A DNA stretch of 63,310 bases, filler included, from Asterionella formosa (GCA_002256025.1; 14 parts of 14 records of this genome joined end to end with filler, not necessarily neighbours in it), one strand, 5' to 3'; positions 37,181-49,623 are shown, numbered from the whole stretch's first letter. Notes: generated by a model not told the origin, from the letters alone. Program-made: numbers and translations.

Positions 37181-38107
37181 TCAAGCGGATGGTCTTTTAC
37201 TTGTGATGGTTGTCAACAATACACTCTTCCTACTACTAGTATCAGCTCCAGCTCCAAATACAAACATAGTAACAATGGCGGTTGGATTAATGTCCCATTG
37301 TGATGAGAAGAATGAATCGAAAATTGCACCCAATCTTGTACCAATCCCTTGTTGTACTTTTTGTTCAATCGATTTCTTGACCATTTTCTCCGTCCCTCGT
37401 ACTATGATTTCATGACAGTAGGTGTACCAAGAGTGACTCCACCACCATACCGACGACGATTCATTGTTAATGTGCTGCTGCTGCTTCTTCGTAGTTATTA
37501 CTTCACCAACTCGAGTCCATACATTTCGCCACACTTCCATCCATATCATTTTTTCTAGTGTCGTTGTTACCACACCCATGTGTTGGAGAATCCAATTTCG
37601 AATGAATTTAGCATGGCTCATAATTGAAACAACGACGTCCTCTGCAACAAGTGATGCTGGTGATGGCAGTATGCCTCCTGTAACAAGTGGCATTGCCAAC
37701 AATGCAACCACAACTACAAGCGTTCCCATGATCGCCAACTCGTTTCTTGTGATTTTGGAATCATGCTGATGGTGATCGTTGTTGTCATATTCTACCACCA
37801 TTTTTGTTGTTGCTGTCTGTTCGGTTGGGAGTAGTAGTCGTTGTTGTGACTCGACAATATTTTCTATTGGTAATGCTGGTTCCATAATATTTTCGGTTTT
37901 TCCTTGCGTCATTGGAACAATGATGGAACGTATTACTGATGCTGTAGATAGCTGTTTCTTTGTAAGGATTCGTTGGTTGCATGTTGTCGTCGTTGTAGTG
38001 GCGTGGCAGCAGCAATATAATAAGAATGATGGAGAAGTGGTTGATACTGTGAAATGAACAATCATCATTATGATTCCCGTCCAACATTTCGTTGATTGTA
38101 TCAACAT
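37181..38107 (-). CDS. Hypothetical membrane protein (~308 aa)
   Basis: Long ORF with a hydrophobic N-terminus, a central TM segment (LAIMGTLVVVVALLAMPLV) and low-complexity T/H/Q runs. I recognise no domain. Confidence 0.55.
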   Translation of the reverse strand: MLIQSTKCWTGIIMMIVHFTVSTTSPSFLLYCCCHATTTTTTCNQRILTKKQLSTASVIRSIIVPMTQGKTENIMEPALPIENIVESQQRLLLPTEQTATTKMVVEYDNNDHHQHDSKITRNELAIMGTLVVVVALLAMPLVTGGILPSPASLVAEDVVVSIMSHAKFIRNWILQHMGVVTTTLEKMIWMEVWRNVWTRVGEVITTKKQQQHINNESSSVWWWSHSWYTYCHEIIVRGTEKMVKKSIEQKVQQGIGTRLGAIFDSFFSSQWDINPTAIVTMFVFGAGADTSSRKSVLLTTITSKRPSA

Positions 38108-38459
38108 TTTAGTTTTAGAAAAGAAAGGTTTATATTTATATGTATGCAATGTATCCTCGAAATGTATGCTTTGTAGATAGATAAGGTAGAAAGATGGAAA
38201 AAGCTTTGGTGCCGATGAGAGGGAGAACAGACTGAATTTAGCACTTAATTCACCCACAGCAGCAGAAATAGGAAAACGTGGTGGAAACGGCAGAGCAATT
38301 CCACAATTCCGCCATGGTGTTCGTATCAAGCAAACAGCGACCCTGACCCGACTGGAAGTGTACATAACGAAGGATGCTGACGCAACAAATTCAATACTCC
38401 GAGTACCGGTACATTATCATTTATTTTTATTCGTACATATATGAATTTGATTGCTCTAC

Positions 38460-39960
38460 AAATTTATGGTAATCGGAGTTCTGTACCAGTTGGCAGATTC
38501 ATACTGGATTTGGTTCTTCCCCACAGAAACCACCTCCTTGAATACATACCGTACTTCTCTTGTTCTGGATTAACAAGAGATGAGGATCTTCTTATATATG
38601 TTGAAAAAAGTCAGGAACCAAATGTTCCTGAGAAGGACATTGAATAAACTAAATGCATTCCATTACCAGGACATTGATGAAGCCATTGATTTTGAATGGA
38701 TGTAACAGAATCCAACAACACAGCAATAGTTTCATACTAGTAAGCAAACCAAGAAATAACAATTCAGTTAGTGAAACAAATGATTCCACATATATTGTCC
38801 ACCTTTGTAAATGATGTTTTCCCTTCACAGACCATGATTGAATTGTAGTCAAATACTTATACAGTTGTTCAAATCTTATGATAAGCATTGAGGAGAGCTT
38901 ACGCTAAAAATCCACGTTACTTTAGGTACTAGTGGTGCTCATGTGTGAAGATATTCCTACACAACATCTATTTTTACAAGTCATGTGATAATTTGAGTTG
39001 CATAGTTGGAGTGATGACAGTTTTTCTTTTTTATTTCATTTTCATTTTCATTCTAGTATGCGCCCTTCCTGTTTATATTGTTACTCAGTCATCAGTTTAT
39101 TTCCGACGTCTTTGCGGACACCATTGCAATGGTGTTTCCTGTGTAACTAAATTTTTTGGAAGAACATTGCCCCGACATTTGAGTCTCACAATCAAAATTG
39201 TAGCAACCAATTTTTTTCTGTATATGGTGGTGGTAACTGTCAACATACAAATTACCAAGCAAGATCAAACCGCTTCCTCCCTAAAGGAGCTACTATGATG
39301 ATGCCACTCCCACAGGAATTTGAACATCTGAAGAACCATTCACTTAACATGCATCCTATCGAATTGTAACTTATTGTATTCCTAAATGAGAACTATCTTT
39401 CCCCCATTTGCCATGTACTTCTTCGATCATCTTAGCTATGAAACGGCTATTCAAGGCAAAGGCAATGAAATATTTTGAGGGAATGTATCAAGATCCATCG
39501 CACCAAACCTTGAAGAAACGCATGGATGTTTCATTTCTAGCACCATTGACTGGTGGTGACTTTTTGACAAAACAAATACAAATTGATTATAACTCAGATC
39601 TTGGCATTCCACGCCTTTAATTTCGATCCAGTACAGCTCATGGTATCACAAATGTGCGATTCCGGCATTATGCAACATTTTTTGTATCACAGAAAATTAA
39701 AATACAGAACTTGTAGACAACAAGTATACGATGAAGTAACATCTGCGAAAAGGTTTGAAAATTTTCCAGCATCAGAAAATGGAGCCTTGTTGAAGACAGG
39801 GTGTTTATTTTTTGCCCTATAGCAGTGGCTGTTTACAACTAATGACGATTCACCTATTGATAAACAAATGAAACACTCCAAACATTCCTTTCTATTGATA
39901 ATATTAAACTTATCATTACAATGGAGGAGATAAGTTGATGCCTGGCAGCTAGTATCTCGG
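38460..39960 (+). pseudogene. Highly decayed, internally deleted second copy of the Plavaka-type element at ~52870-54490
   Basis: Shared blocks include AACCAAATGTTCCTGAGAAG, GATTTTGAATGGAT, peptide KRLFKAKAMKY vs KWLFKAKAMKY, and PASENGALLKTGCLF vs PASENGVLKTGCLF. Confidence 0.75.
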
Positions 39961-41329
39961 TCGTCTGCCAGATTTAATTTTATATATATATAATATTTAT
40001 AATTTACATTAAAAACTGCGTATTATTAACAATCAACGTTTATAATAATTACAATATTTCTATATTTATCATCGTCTCATCATCATCACACATCAGCCGG
40101 GTTTCTGAAATCAGCAAAATGATGATATTGTAAAATAGAAACCCGGCTGTTCCATCCAATAATGTCAATAAACCTTTCCCATCAGGTCATGAAATTATTG
40201 GAAAAAAACCTTGGCTGTTACATTGTCCAAGAAACCCAATAGACCTTTCCTTTCAGATCGTATATCTTTATTGATATTCTTGGAGATAGACAAAGGATCC
40301 GGATATTATCAAATCTTGCAAATTGACATTACTAGAATAAAATAAATCCCGGCATTTTTCAAATTAAGTCAATAAAGGAATAATGACATCATTGGAAAAT
40401 AATGTAGCCCTACGTTCTTTCCAGTAATGTCAATATACTTTAATTGAGTAATAATCATAGAGTAAGGCATTTTCTTAGTAGCCCAGACATGACATAAGAA
40501 ATGACAATTTTTGAGAGAATTCAAGGTTAATTTACATTATTAGCGAAGAATTATGTGTTTACTTTTTCGGAGCTCCAATCATAATGCTGTTTGACATTGG
40601 CAATGGTTCCAGTAAGGTCAAATGTTCCCTAATAATGTCAACATTGGCTTGTTGTGTACATTACCAGTTACCGGGTGCTTTGATTCTAAATTATAGTATC
40701 ATACATACAGCAAGCAAGATTTCTGAAGTAACAAATTATCACGTTTGTTACCATTTCCTTAGCTCAAGGCAGAGGAAGATTGGAGCATACCTCTGGTATC
40801 ATCGTTCAATGGTGAACAGGAACAGTAAGTAGTATGGTGATGACATGTATTGAACAATGTATGACCAATACGTATGTATGTGGCCAAACTTGAGTGAATG
40901 GATTTATGGGAGGCTGCCTATTGCTACTAGCAGTATGTATTTCCAACAGGGCAGGTAATAAATTTATAGAGCACACATTAGTAATCAACTAGCTCACCCA
41001 GCCATCAGCGCACACTCTCTCTTTTCGTAGTTCATCTATAATACTCCTATAATAAACGTGTAAAGATTGTATTACATAATATATTTATGCACTCCACGGA
41101 GTCTAATATCGTACATGGTCAGGGTTTGGGTCGACGTTTTAAAATTAACATATTGGCATTTGGTGGGGTCAAACCGTGTTTTTCTCCTGTTCAGGGTCAC
41201 AGCGGTTGCAAATTTTTTTTAGTGCGTCACAGCAGTATTTTACTGGTACGGTACCGGTATAATTGATTTCAGAGGAATTGAAACTGATGCATTGCTGCAT
41301 GGTATTCACCAAACACTGATGCAACAGTT

Positions 41330-42967
41330 ATGTTCTTCGCGTACAGAGGCATTCAGCATCACTTGTATCCTCGTAGTCGAGTGATATTTCAACAAAGATG
41401 GATAGGGAGCGTCCACCAAAGGGGAATTGGAGGAAAGTATGCTGTGCTGGTTGATTGTGATAACATCGCGAGTACAAAAATCAATTTGGTTTTCGAAGAA
41501 CTCAGGTCGCGTGGGGCGAAGGCGACGATTCGTCTACTTTTTGGAAACTTTAGATTGGCAAAGTTCAAGCCTTGGGTAGTCACAGCGTCCAAATGGTCCT
41601 TTGACAAGGTGGATACGCCATCAATTATCACGGGGAAGCCGACTGTCGATGCTGAACTTTTGATCAATGCTATGAAAGTTGCTGATGAAGTGGACGGCTT
41701 CGCGATCGTGAGCTCCGACTCAGACTTTACACAACTTGTATCGCATCTTCGAAATTCTGGAAAGTACGTAATTGGGTTCGGAATGAAGCATACTCCATTG
41801 AACTTTGCCAAGGCGTATAGCGATTTCAATTACCTTGACCATGATGCAACCATTACATCTGACGATAAATCATCAGAGATCGTTGAAAATGTTGCAAGCA
41901 ATAATTCCACCGAGGCCAAACCCAAAGTTCTGAAAAAGAAAAAGTTCAAGATCTTGTCCAAGAATCTTCCCAATGAATCGGTCAAAAAGGAACACCCTGC
42001 AACGAAAACCATTGTTCCTGGTCCAAATTTGATCAATGAAAAGGTTTCTGCCTTGTCGCGACATGATTCATCAGCAGCACACGAAGTTTTCAAACCTATT
42101 TTCGAAATAAGCGCAAACAGTGATGGTTGGACAACTCCTTCCACGGTTGGAAATTTGCTGACACCATCAGCAAGAAAATTATTGGGCATTCGTGAAGGCA
42201 AGTTAATGAAACTTTTCAAAGCCTCAAGGGATATATTTGATGTGTCACCTAATGGTTCGGTGCGCCTGAAGTCATCTGCAGAGGTCATATCTGACCAGAA
42301 GATCCGTCCAAAACGAAAAATCAATTCCGTCGATATCCCGTTGCAGCATCCACAAGCCCTTCAAAACCCCCCACCATTACCACGCACTGCTCCATTGCAT
42401 GTGGAGATCACAAGCATTATCAATAGCAGTCATTCGGATTCCGAAGGATGGATTCCACTTTCGCAACTTAAAAAGGCAAAGAAATTCGGTAGGGATGAGT
42501 TGACCTGTGACAACGAAAATCTAGTTCAGTTTATCAAAGAGCCTAAGCCAAGAGGTCGAGGCACCTATCATTATCATGTCCGGATCAAATTACCAGCTAA
42601 CGATAATTGTCAAGAGGGAAAAGATTCTTCTCTTTCTTCCATGAATATCAATGCCGAGCAATACATTACTGTGCCGCCAGGGAAGAAATTTGATGCATTT
42701 ACAAGGCTCTTAGAAATCATTAAGGATGAAGCAGGTATTGATGGATGGACACCCATCAATGCGGTAATAGAAAATTTACCGAAACCCGATAAGGGAGCAT
42801 TGGGTATAAAACAAAGGAGGCCAACAAGCAAGGACATGGCCTTATTCTTTGATAAAGCCTTGGATTGTTTTGGTGTCAATTTGGAGGTCAAAAGTAGACA
42901 TCGAGTCCAAGTGAAACTTTTAAAACAAGATCAAGTGAGACAAGAAGATCAATTCCTGTCCAACTAG
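41330..42967 (+). CDS. NYN (LabA/DUF88, PIN-like) ribonuclease domain protein with C-terminal OST-HTH/LOTUS-like repeats, 545 aa
   Basis: NYN motifs: AVLVDCDNI, IRLLFGNF, GKPTVDAELLINAM, FAIVSSDSDFTQLVSHLRNSGKYVIGFG. Three segments begin (D/E)GW: DGWTTPSTVGNLL, EGWIPLSQL and DGWTPINAV. The gene has no intron. Confidence 0.88.
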   Translation: MFFAYRGIQHHLYPRSRVIFQQRWIGSVHQRGIGGKYAVLVDCDNIASTKINLVFEELRSRGAKATIRLLFGNFRLAKFKPWVVTASKWSFDKVDTPSIITGKPTVDAELLINAMKVADEVDGFAIVSSDSDFTQLVSHLRNSGKYVIGFGMKHTPLNFAKAYSDFNYLDHDATITSDDKSSEIVENVASNNSTEAKPKVLKKKKFKILSKNLPNESVKKEHPATKTIVPGPNLINEKVSALSRHDSSAAHEVFKPIFEISANSDGWTTPSTVGNLLTPSARKLLGIREGKLMKLFKASRDIFDVSPNGSVRLKSSAEVISDQKIRPKRKINSVDIPLQHPQALQNPPPLPRTAPLHVEITSIINSSHSDSEGWIPLSQLKKAKKFGRDELTCDNENLVQFIKEPKPRGRGTYHYHVRIKLPANDNCQEGKDSSLSSMNINAEQYITVPPGKKFDAFTRLLEIIKDEAGIDGWTPINAVIENLPKPDKGALGIKQRRPTSKDMALFFDKALDCFGVNLEVKSRHRVQVKLLKQDQVRQEDQFLSN

Positions 42968-43894
42968 TTCAAATTTTTAATGTAAAGAACAGACAGTTTA
43001 AAGGCTTGGCTTGTACCCACAACCAGGTTCATTTCCTATTATGCATCCTCCATTTGTTGGGTTCACTACATTTCCGCTTCAATCAAAAATGTTGAAGTTC
43101 CAGAAATTGCATATTCTTATTATTTCATTAATGCAATAATGTATAAACTCTCTTTTGCTGAATGTTTTTACAGTTTCCACCTTCACCTTGTTTGCACCTG
43201 TTGTCCTATCATTCCTCTTTTGGTGCCACTTCTTCATCCAATCAATAAAGATGCTGCATGTCTATGACCTGATTTCATCCCATGTTTCCAAATGCGTTGC
43301 AGATTCTCTCCATTAGCAAGCTCAATCCACGAGCTAGTACTTACCATTAGATTCTTCGCCATTGATTTCATTTCATGTTCCAAAATGATTTACAATTTGT
43401 CAGAACAGAAAGCATGAACAACATTATTTGATCATGAATTTGTTATAACACTTTCTGCCGCCTGGCTGTCCCACAGTTTCTCTGCATATGGATAGTATGA
43501 CTTTTCAAGGAGCAATTTCGCCAAGTTGTAAGCCAATTTGACATCTTCTCACAGATGATGAATCCAAGCACTAAATGAAAACAAAGAAAGCGGCCCTGAA
43601 TGATCAAGATTCAAACACAAAAGACCAAATTCTGACAGCCTGGTGAACGCCTCAAAGAACGAAATGATGATCCAAACTCAGTGAGAGGGGCTTTTCAAAC
43701 AAGAAATAGAGGTTTTACTTACACACATATCTGTCTGCAAAACCGTGATGCTTGCAAAAGAGGGAGTCCACTAGAAACTAGAACACACGTTCAACGATTT
43801 TTCACAATAATGATGACAATGGTAAAATATATATATTATGCATATGATTCCACTTCTTTCATGTCGTCTAATTTGAGCATAAAACACATTTTAT

Positions 43895-44096
43895 GGTATT
43901 TGAAAATATTTCATATAAATTTAGGAAAGAGATGGATTGTCCCCTATTTCGATGTATTGTCCCCCTAACCCTAGACTCTTCCATGGTACCAGGTAGCATC
44001 TGATTATAAGGGTTAGTGGGACGGACGATTTATCGAAATGAAGGGGGAACAAATATCTTTTTCCTAAATTTATCATGTACCGGTGTAAAAAAATAC
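43895..44096. mobile_element. ~200-bp imperfect foldback / MITE
   Basis: ATAAATTTAGGAAAGAGAT (43915-43933) and ATCTTTTTCCTAAATTTAT (44055-44073) are inverted at 18/19 positions. Inner pairs are ATTTCGAT/ATCGAAAT and CTAACCCT/AGGGTTAG. Confidence 0.62.
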
Positions 44097-44850
44097 NNNN
44101 NNNNNNNNNNNNNNNNNNNNNNNNNNNNNNNNNNNNNNNNTTAATTAATTAANNNNNNNNNNNNNNNNNNNNNNNNNNNNNNNNNNNNNNNNNNNNGTGC
44201 TAATGCCGGTGCTGGTACCTGGTATATTCCAGGAAATGCATTTCTACTGCCCTCGTTCAATATTTTAATGCGCCGGTTTGCATTTCAGTGAACAAGCCCA
44301 AACTCGTACTAAAAGTTCGAACACGTATCGCAATCCTGTACAGAATTTCTGACCATTATCGGCTGGTTATCAACAGGTCGTACAAGGTACACCTGGGACC
44401 TGGTAATACTGGTATACCGGTACATACCGGTACTATCAATTAGCAGGTTGCCTCTAATCTTTAACAACACCAAATTCTGTCTTAACAAGAAGTGGTTGTA
44501 CGTATAACATATAGTACGGTACCTGGTAATGCCCTATTGGAAAATTCATTTTTAGTATAGTTTTTCAATTTTTGGCATTCATTATACCGGTATATCCACG
44601 ATGCTTCATTTTATCCAAGACCCAGATCAGACATGCCAAACTATATTTTATGCCAACAAAAAACAGTTTTGTACCCAATAATTTAAAAAAACAGTATAAT
44701 ACCATTGTAAAGAACAGGAAGTAATAGTAACAGTAATAAATAGTGTACGTCCCATAAAAATATATTTCCCCTTCCGTGAACAAGAAACGAAAGCAGCAGA
44801 ATCCCTTAACAACATCTCTCAACAAACAAATTGGAGACCAAGCTGAAATA

Positions 44851-45241
44851 ATGACTTCCTTTCCGTCCTCGCAACATCTGCCTTTGGTGCTCTTGTCACT
44901 TGCATACCTGCTAACGTCGACGGCTGCACTCAATGACTCGTCTACGCCCTGGCAAACATTGCAACAAACTACACAACGTCATCTGGAAGTGGGAGACTTT
45001 GATAGCATCAACGGCCTCATTCAAGATATTGCTGTCACTTTACCAGACACCGTCCTCACTCAGTCACTCTTAGGAATTACACTCACTCTTGATCTGAAAG
45101 AATTGAAATGCTTCGGTTTCAATGTTGGCGACATTGAAGTGAATTATATTTCGTCGGTCACCACTTCTGCGGACTTCGATCTCAAAGTCATCCAACTTGA
45201 CACTACGTGTACTTTCAACTACAATTATGACTATTCATTCC
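44851..45241 (+). CDS. 5' fragment of a secreted/membrane protein, possibly with BPI/TULIP-like beta-rich domain; truncated by contig end
   Basis: Signal peptide (HLPLVLLSLAYLLTSTAA), an RHL processing-like motif, then amphipathic strands ITLTLDLKELKCFGFNVGDI...LDTTCTFNYNYDY. The frame is open into the gap. Confidence 0.65.
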
Positions 45242-45711
45242 NNNNNNNNNNNNNNNNNNNNNNNNNNNNNNNNNNNNNNNNNNNNTTAATTAATTAANNN
45301 NNNNNNNNNNNNNNNNNNNNNNNNNNNNNNNNNNNNNNNNNCTTTTAGAATTTCCCTTTTTCGTCGTTTCCTTGTTCTTGTTGGTCTTGGTCATGATGAC
45401 TTGTCGCTGCCTTGGTTATTATGATTATGTGCGATTGTTGTCTTTTTCTTTCTACCGTGCTTGATTAAGAACGCTTTCAATATATTGTTATTCTGAAGAA
45501 ATCAAAAAGGTACTGACGAAGGAAAGGTAATGGTACAGAACAAGCACTCCCTCCCAAGTCCAGAGTTTGTTGAATCGAGCTTTTTGTTGGACCCTTTTAT
45601 CTACTTCAATAATCTATAAATTATTGTGTATGCTGTACAGTAGAGATTGTTATTGAGTAGTGGTCCTCGATTCTTTGCATCATCGACGCGGACGAGCAAT
45701 GATGTGCTTCG

Positions 45712-45750
<39 letters not shown>
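45712..45750. repeat. (TGA)13 microsatellite
   Basis: Perfect trinucleotide run. Confidence 0.95.
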
Positions 45751-46713
45751 GCGACGTTCCTACATTACATATTGGCGACTTGGATTTTTTGGATAAAAGG
45801 CGGCGGACGAGAGGCGGAGGATATCAACAATTATATTTTTTTTTACCTACCGGTAGGTACCAGGTAACAGGTACCAGTATCAAACATAAAACGGAAAACA
45901 TAAATTTTTTTATGTATGTGTAGTATGTATGACAGACAAGGTTGATTGGCCATGACAGCACCACCATGTTGATGTACGCATATACCACATACTTGTGACT
46001 GAATTTGACTAATTTTACTTAAGGAAAATGAAGAGAATCCTTCATATGTACCGGTAATTGACCTGCCTAAATTTTATCGGTTCTACAGGATGGAGCGGAT
46101 TTTTCTAAAATATGTATTAAGCAATACCACGACAACTATTTCTAGCAAGGAAGAATAATGATTCAACATGACACAAGATGTTACTCCAATCTACGTATTA
46201 CATACTCCTTATAATATAATGTTCAGTTGTGATGGCCTTCTTGTTGTCAATCATTGCTGCTGCAGTTGTGTACGCATGATGGCTCCAATATCAACGTCAA
46301 AGATTCTGACAGTCTTGTCGTCACTTGCTGAAACCACCACAGCATTCTCACTATCCACAAAGCACACGACCATATCATTAATCATANNNNNNNNNNNNNN
46401 NNNNNNNNNNNNNNNNNNNNNNNNNNNNNNTTAATTAATTAANNNNNNNNNNNNNNNNNNNNNNNNNNNNNNNNNNNNNNNNNNNNTCATTTGTCAATAA
46501 GTAAACATCTCCAGTCATTTGTCAATAAATGACGAGATGTTTTTGGGTCTTGGTTTCTAATCACTACTAAGAATATTGATTCTCGATTCGTTGGATTCCA
46601 TATATTTTATCACTCCTTTTCAGGCCGAAGTGCTGAAAACAACCAATAATGAATGGTTCTATATCAAGTATGATTTGAATATTCACATGCTACTGGTACC
46701 TGCTGAAGTATCA

Positions 46714-47722
46714 AACTAGAAGTATTACATATTTGTTGAATATATGAGCTTATTAGTTAATCTTTGTGTGCAACTCGATCTCCAAGGTTGAAACTAGCTA
46801 CAGTATTCAAATAGGTGTTAGTCGAGTTCTCTGCTGATAGAGTTCTGATGTAATCTATGTAAACCAAACCCAATTGGTGTGTCTGAAGTTGAGCGAGATT
46901 GCTCACTCTCCCACACCAAGGGAAAACCTTTCACCTAGCTATGAAAAGGTTTGATATGACAAATATTAATTCGTTCAGCAGTAGGTATAGTTTGGTGATA
47001 TCATGCATGGGATATATTGAATCCTGCTATACAATGGAAATATCCTGCATTTACAAAAAAGGCAGTATCCAGACTGTAATTATCCTGTCAATAACAACTG
47101 ATATTCATGTGATGACTGACATGAGACATATTCAATGTTTCATCATCTATGTATAATAATAGCATTGAAATTTTCGCACATGTGCAATCTGTTCAGCATT
47201 CCGCTGGTTTTTATTAGACACATAGGCTCTAGCTGACCAATAGGAGGATTAGTGACCACTCAAATTTCTTGGGTAGATTCATAAAAGTTGGCAGGTATCA
47301 TGGCCCTTGGCACACTACCCTAACCAGACATCGTCATAGGATTGCCCCATGGATTTGTAGAAAACATGCATGCAAGAAACATGAACAGGGTTACCGGCTC
47401 TGAATTCCATAACCAAAATGTTAAATGTCCTGTTAGGTATAAGAGAAAAGGTCTGAGTCTTGATGTGAAGTATGCTGTGATCCTTGATCAAAGAGACCAA
47501 GAAAACTTGAAAGACATCGACATTGTTAATTCTAATTTGAATCTTTTTTGATTTCAAAGTGAAGAATCTAACTAGAAGTAGTAGTATTTGTTGAATATAT
47601 GAGCTTATCAGTTAATCTTTGTGTGCAACTCAATCTCCTAGGTTGAAACTACAGTATTCAAATAGATTTTAGTCGAGTTCTCTCATGATAGAGTTCTGAT
47701 ATAATCTATGTAGACCCAACCC
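46714..47722 (+). repeat. Pair of ~155-bp direct repeats (46714-46871 and 47570-47722)
   Basis: Both copies read AACTAGAAGTA...TATTTGTTGAATATATGAGCTTAT.AGTTAATCTTTGTGTGCAACTC...GATAGAGTTCTGAT.TAATCTATGTA. Confidence 0.85.
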
Positions 47723-47732
47723 GATACATATT

Positions 47733-49187
47733 GGGCGCGCACTGATATTAAAAAATTATTATATCATGTGTGTATTATAACACAAATTATTTTGGCGATT
47801 TGATACAAAAAAACGTCGTCGCACTCTGATAATCAAGATATTTTAGATTAGTCATCGGAAATTTTATATAAATTTAACTTTAATTTATAACAGTTATAGT
47901 TTCATAGCGATGGATCCTCTTGCGTGTTATGCAGCCTCTTGTTCATTGTCCACACGAATTCCATAATTTCACCAGTGCCAGTCACTGACCAGCATATCGG
48001 CTTACCTCTCCTCATTTCCTGATGAAAAGGATGATGCCATGAGCGAACTTAAAACATGATACAGATACATAGAAGTTTCAGCTTTTCTCAAGAAGCAAGC
48101 AAGCCTTTGATCGTCAAATCAGGCCAACTGAACTTTCACAACGAGGTATGATTGCTCTCCAAGAGCGAATGAAGACAGTCAGAGGAACTTGCATCGTTTG
48201 TTTGCCCATGCCATGGACTGAGCCCATACTATTCCCGCTTTTTAAAGACTAGTTCTTATCAATCCCCATAGGAATGGAGGTGAAATCAATCAAGTATTTT
48301 ATGAAATTAAATGTCAATTTCATCAAAGGCACGAGCGATTGGCAGCAAGCCCAACTTATTCCCGACTTTCAACGACAAGATCGTATCAATTCCCATGGGG
48401 ACAGAGGTGAAATCAATCCAATCTTGATGACATTGAAAATAAATTTCAACAGCTGCGAGAGGAATTGGCAGCAAATCCAAATGTATTGCAGCTTGTAGAT
48501 GGAGATGATCATGAGGTACCAGTGGAGAAATTCAGTGGACTGCGTTTTGTCTGGAAAATAAGTTTAATGCTGCAGACGACATTGTACAAAGGATGCTACA
48601 GTAACAAAGGTCGTAGTGAACACAATATCTTCATTTACAAGACAGCAAATGTATTTTAGTTTATGGCAGTGTTGATGATGACGTGACATGATCATTAAAG
48701 CTAACAAACAAATGTATAGAATGATATAATGTGCTCTGTTTCTTCATTTCACCTTATAATCATCAATCAGTGCAGAAATTGCACATGAATTAATAGTGGC
48801 TAGAAGACATGATCACAGCAAAATTGGAAGCAGACGATTGATGATACCTTTAGGATGATTGATGTGTATATGTATATGCATATCGACATCTTTTTTTGGT
48901 AAGAGCAAGCCATTTCGGGTATGAGCGAGCAAGTCTTGAAATATTCCAGGAAATTATATGTAGTCATTCATGCCTAAACATCTTCTTATATAATGCACTG
49001 TTATTTATGACTGTAAAGAATTTGTGTTTGTGTTGACCAAATTTGGTAAACCTGGTAGGCACCCCGAGGTGCTTAACAGGTTTACCAAATTTGGTCAACA
49101 CAAACACAAAATTTGGGGTTATGGGTACAACGATTTGTGTTAAAATACACATGTTAAAAAATAATTTTTTAATATCAGAGCGCCCCC
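47733..49187. mobile_element. Non-autonomous DNA transposon with ~55-bp TIRs and a 3-bp TSD (PIF/Harbinger-like), 1455 bp
   Basis: The left end is GGGCGCGCACTGATATTAAAAAATTATT...AACACAAAT. The right end (reverse complement) is GGGGGCGCTCTGATATTAAAAAATTATT...AACACAAAT. ATT flanks both ends (47730-47732 and 49188-49190). Confidence 0.8.
49021..49110. repeat. 90-nt near-perfect hairpin
   Basis: Perfect 34-bp arms at 49021-49054 and 49077-49110, then one mismatch, 8 more pairs (one G-T) and a 4-nt loop CCGA. Confidence 0.93.
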
Positions 49188-49311
49188 ATTAGCTATATAC
49201 AGCGATCCTACTAGCACTGGTAAGCACCCCCTCTCACCCTGGAGGGCGATGCATATTTACAGCCGCATAGTCAAATCAGAACTCACTTGCTAACCAATCT
49301 CTACAATACAT

Positions 49312-49623
49312 GCAATGAGCTACAAACATATGAAAGAATCAATAGAAACAACAAGAAAGGAGCTTGATGAAAATGAATGAAGCGCAACAGCATCCATCAT
49401 CCAATTGAAGAGCTCATTTTTCAATGTCCTGGCATCGGAATCGGGTCTGCATCCGGGCTTTCAACTACACAGTAATGACAGCGTAGGCAATGAGCTACAA
49501 ACATATGAAAGAATCAACAGGAACAACAAGAAACTCAAGGAGCTTGATGAAACTGAATGGAATGCAGCAACTTGCATCATTCAATTGAAGAGCGCATTTG
49601 TCGATGTCCTGGCATTGGAATTG
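49312..49623 (+). repeat. Tandem duplication, period 175 bp
   Basis: GCAATGAGCTACAAACATATGAAAGAATCAA...CAATTGAAGAGC.CATTT.TC.ATGTCCTGGCAT occurs at 49312 and 49487. Confidence 0.85.

Noticed and set aside
45660..45923. ORF with a poly-Met tract
   Set aside because: A by-product of the (TGA)13 microsatellite.
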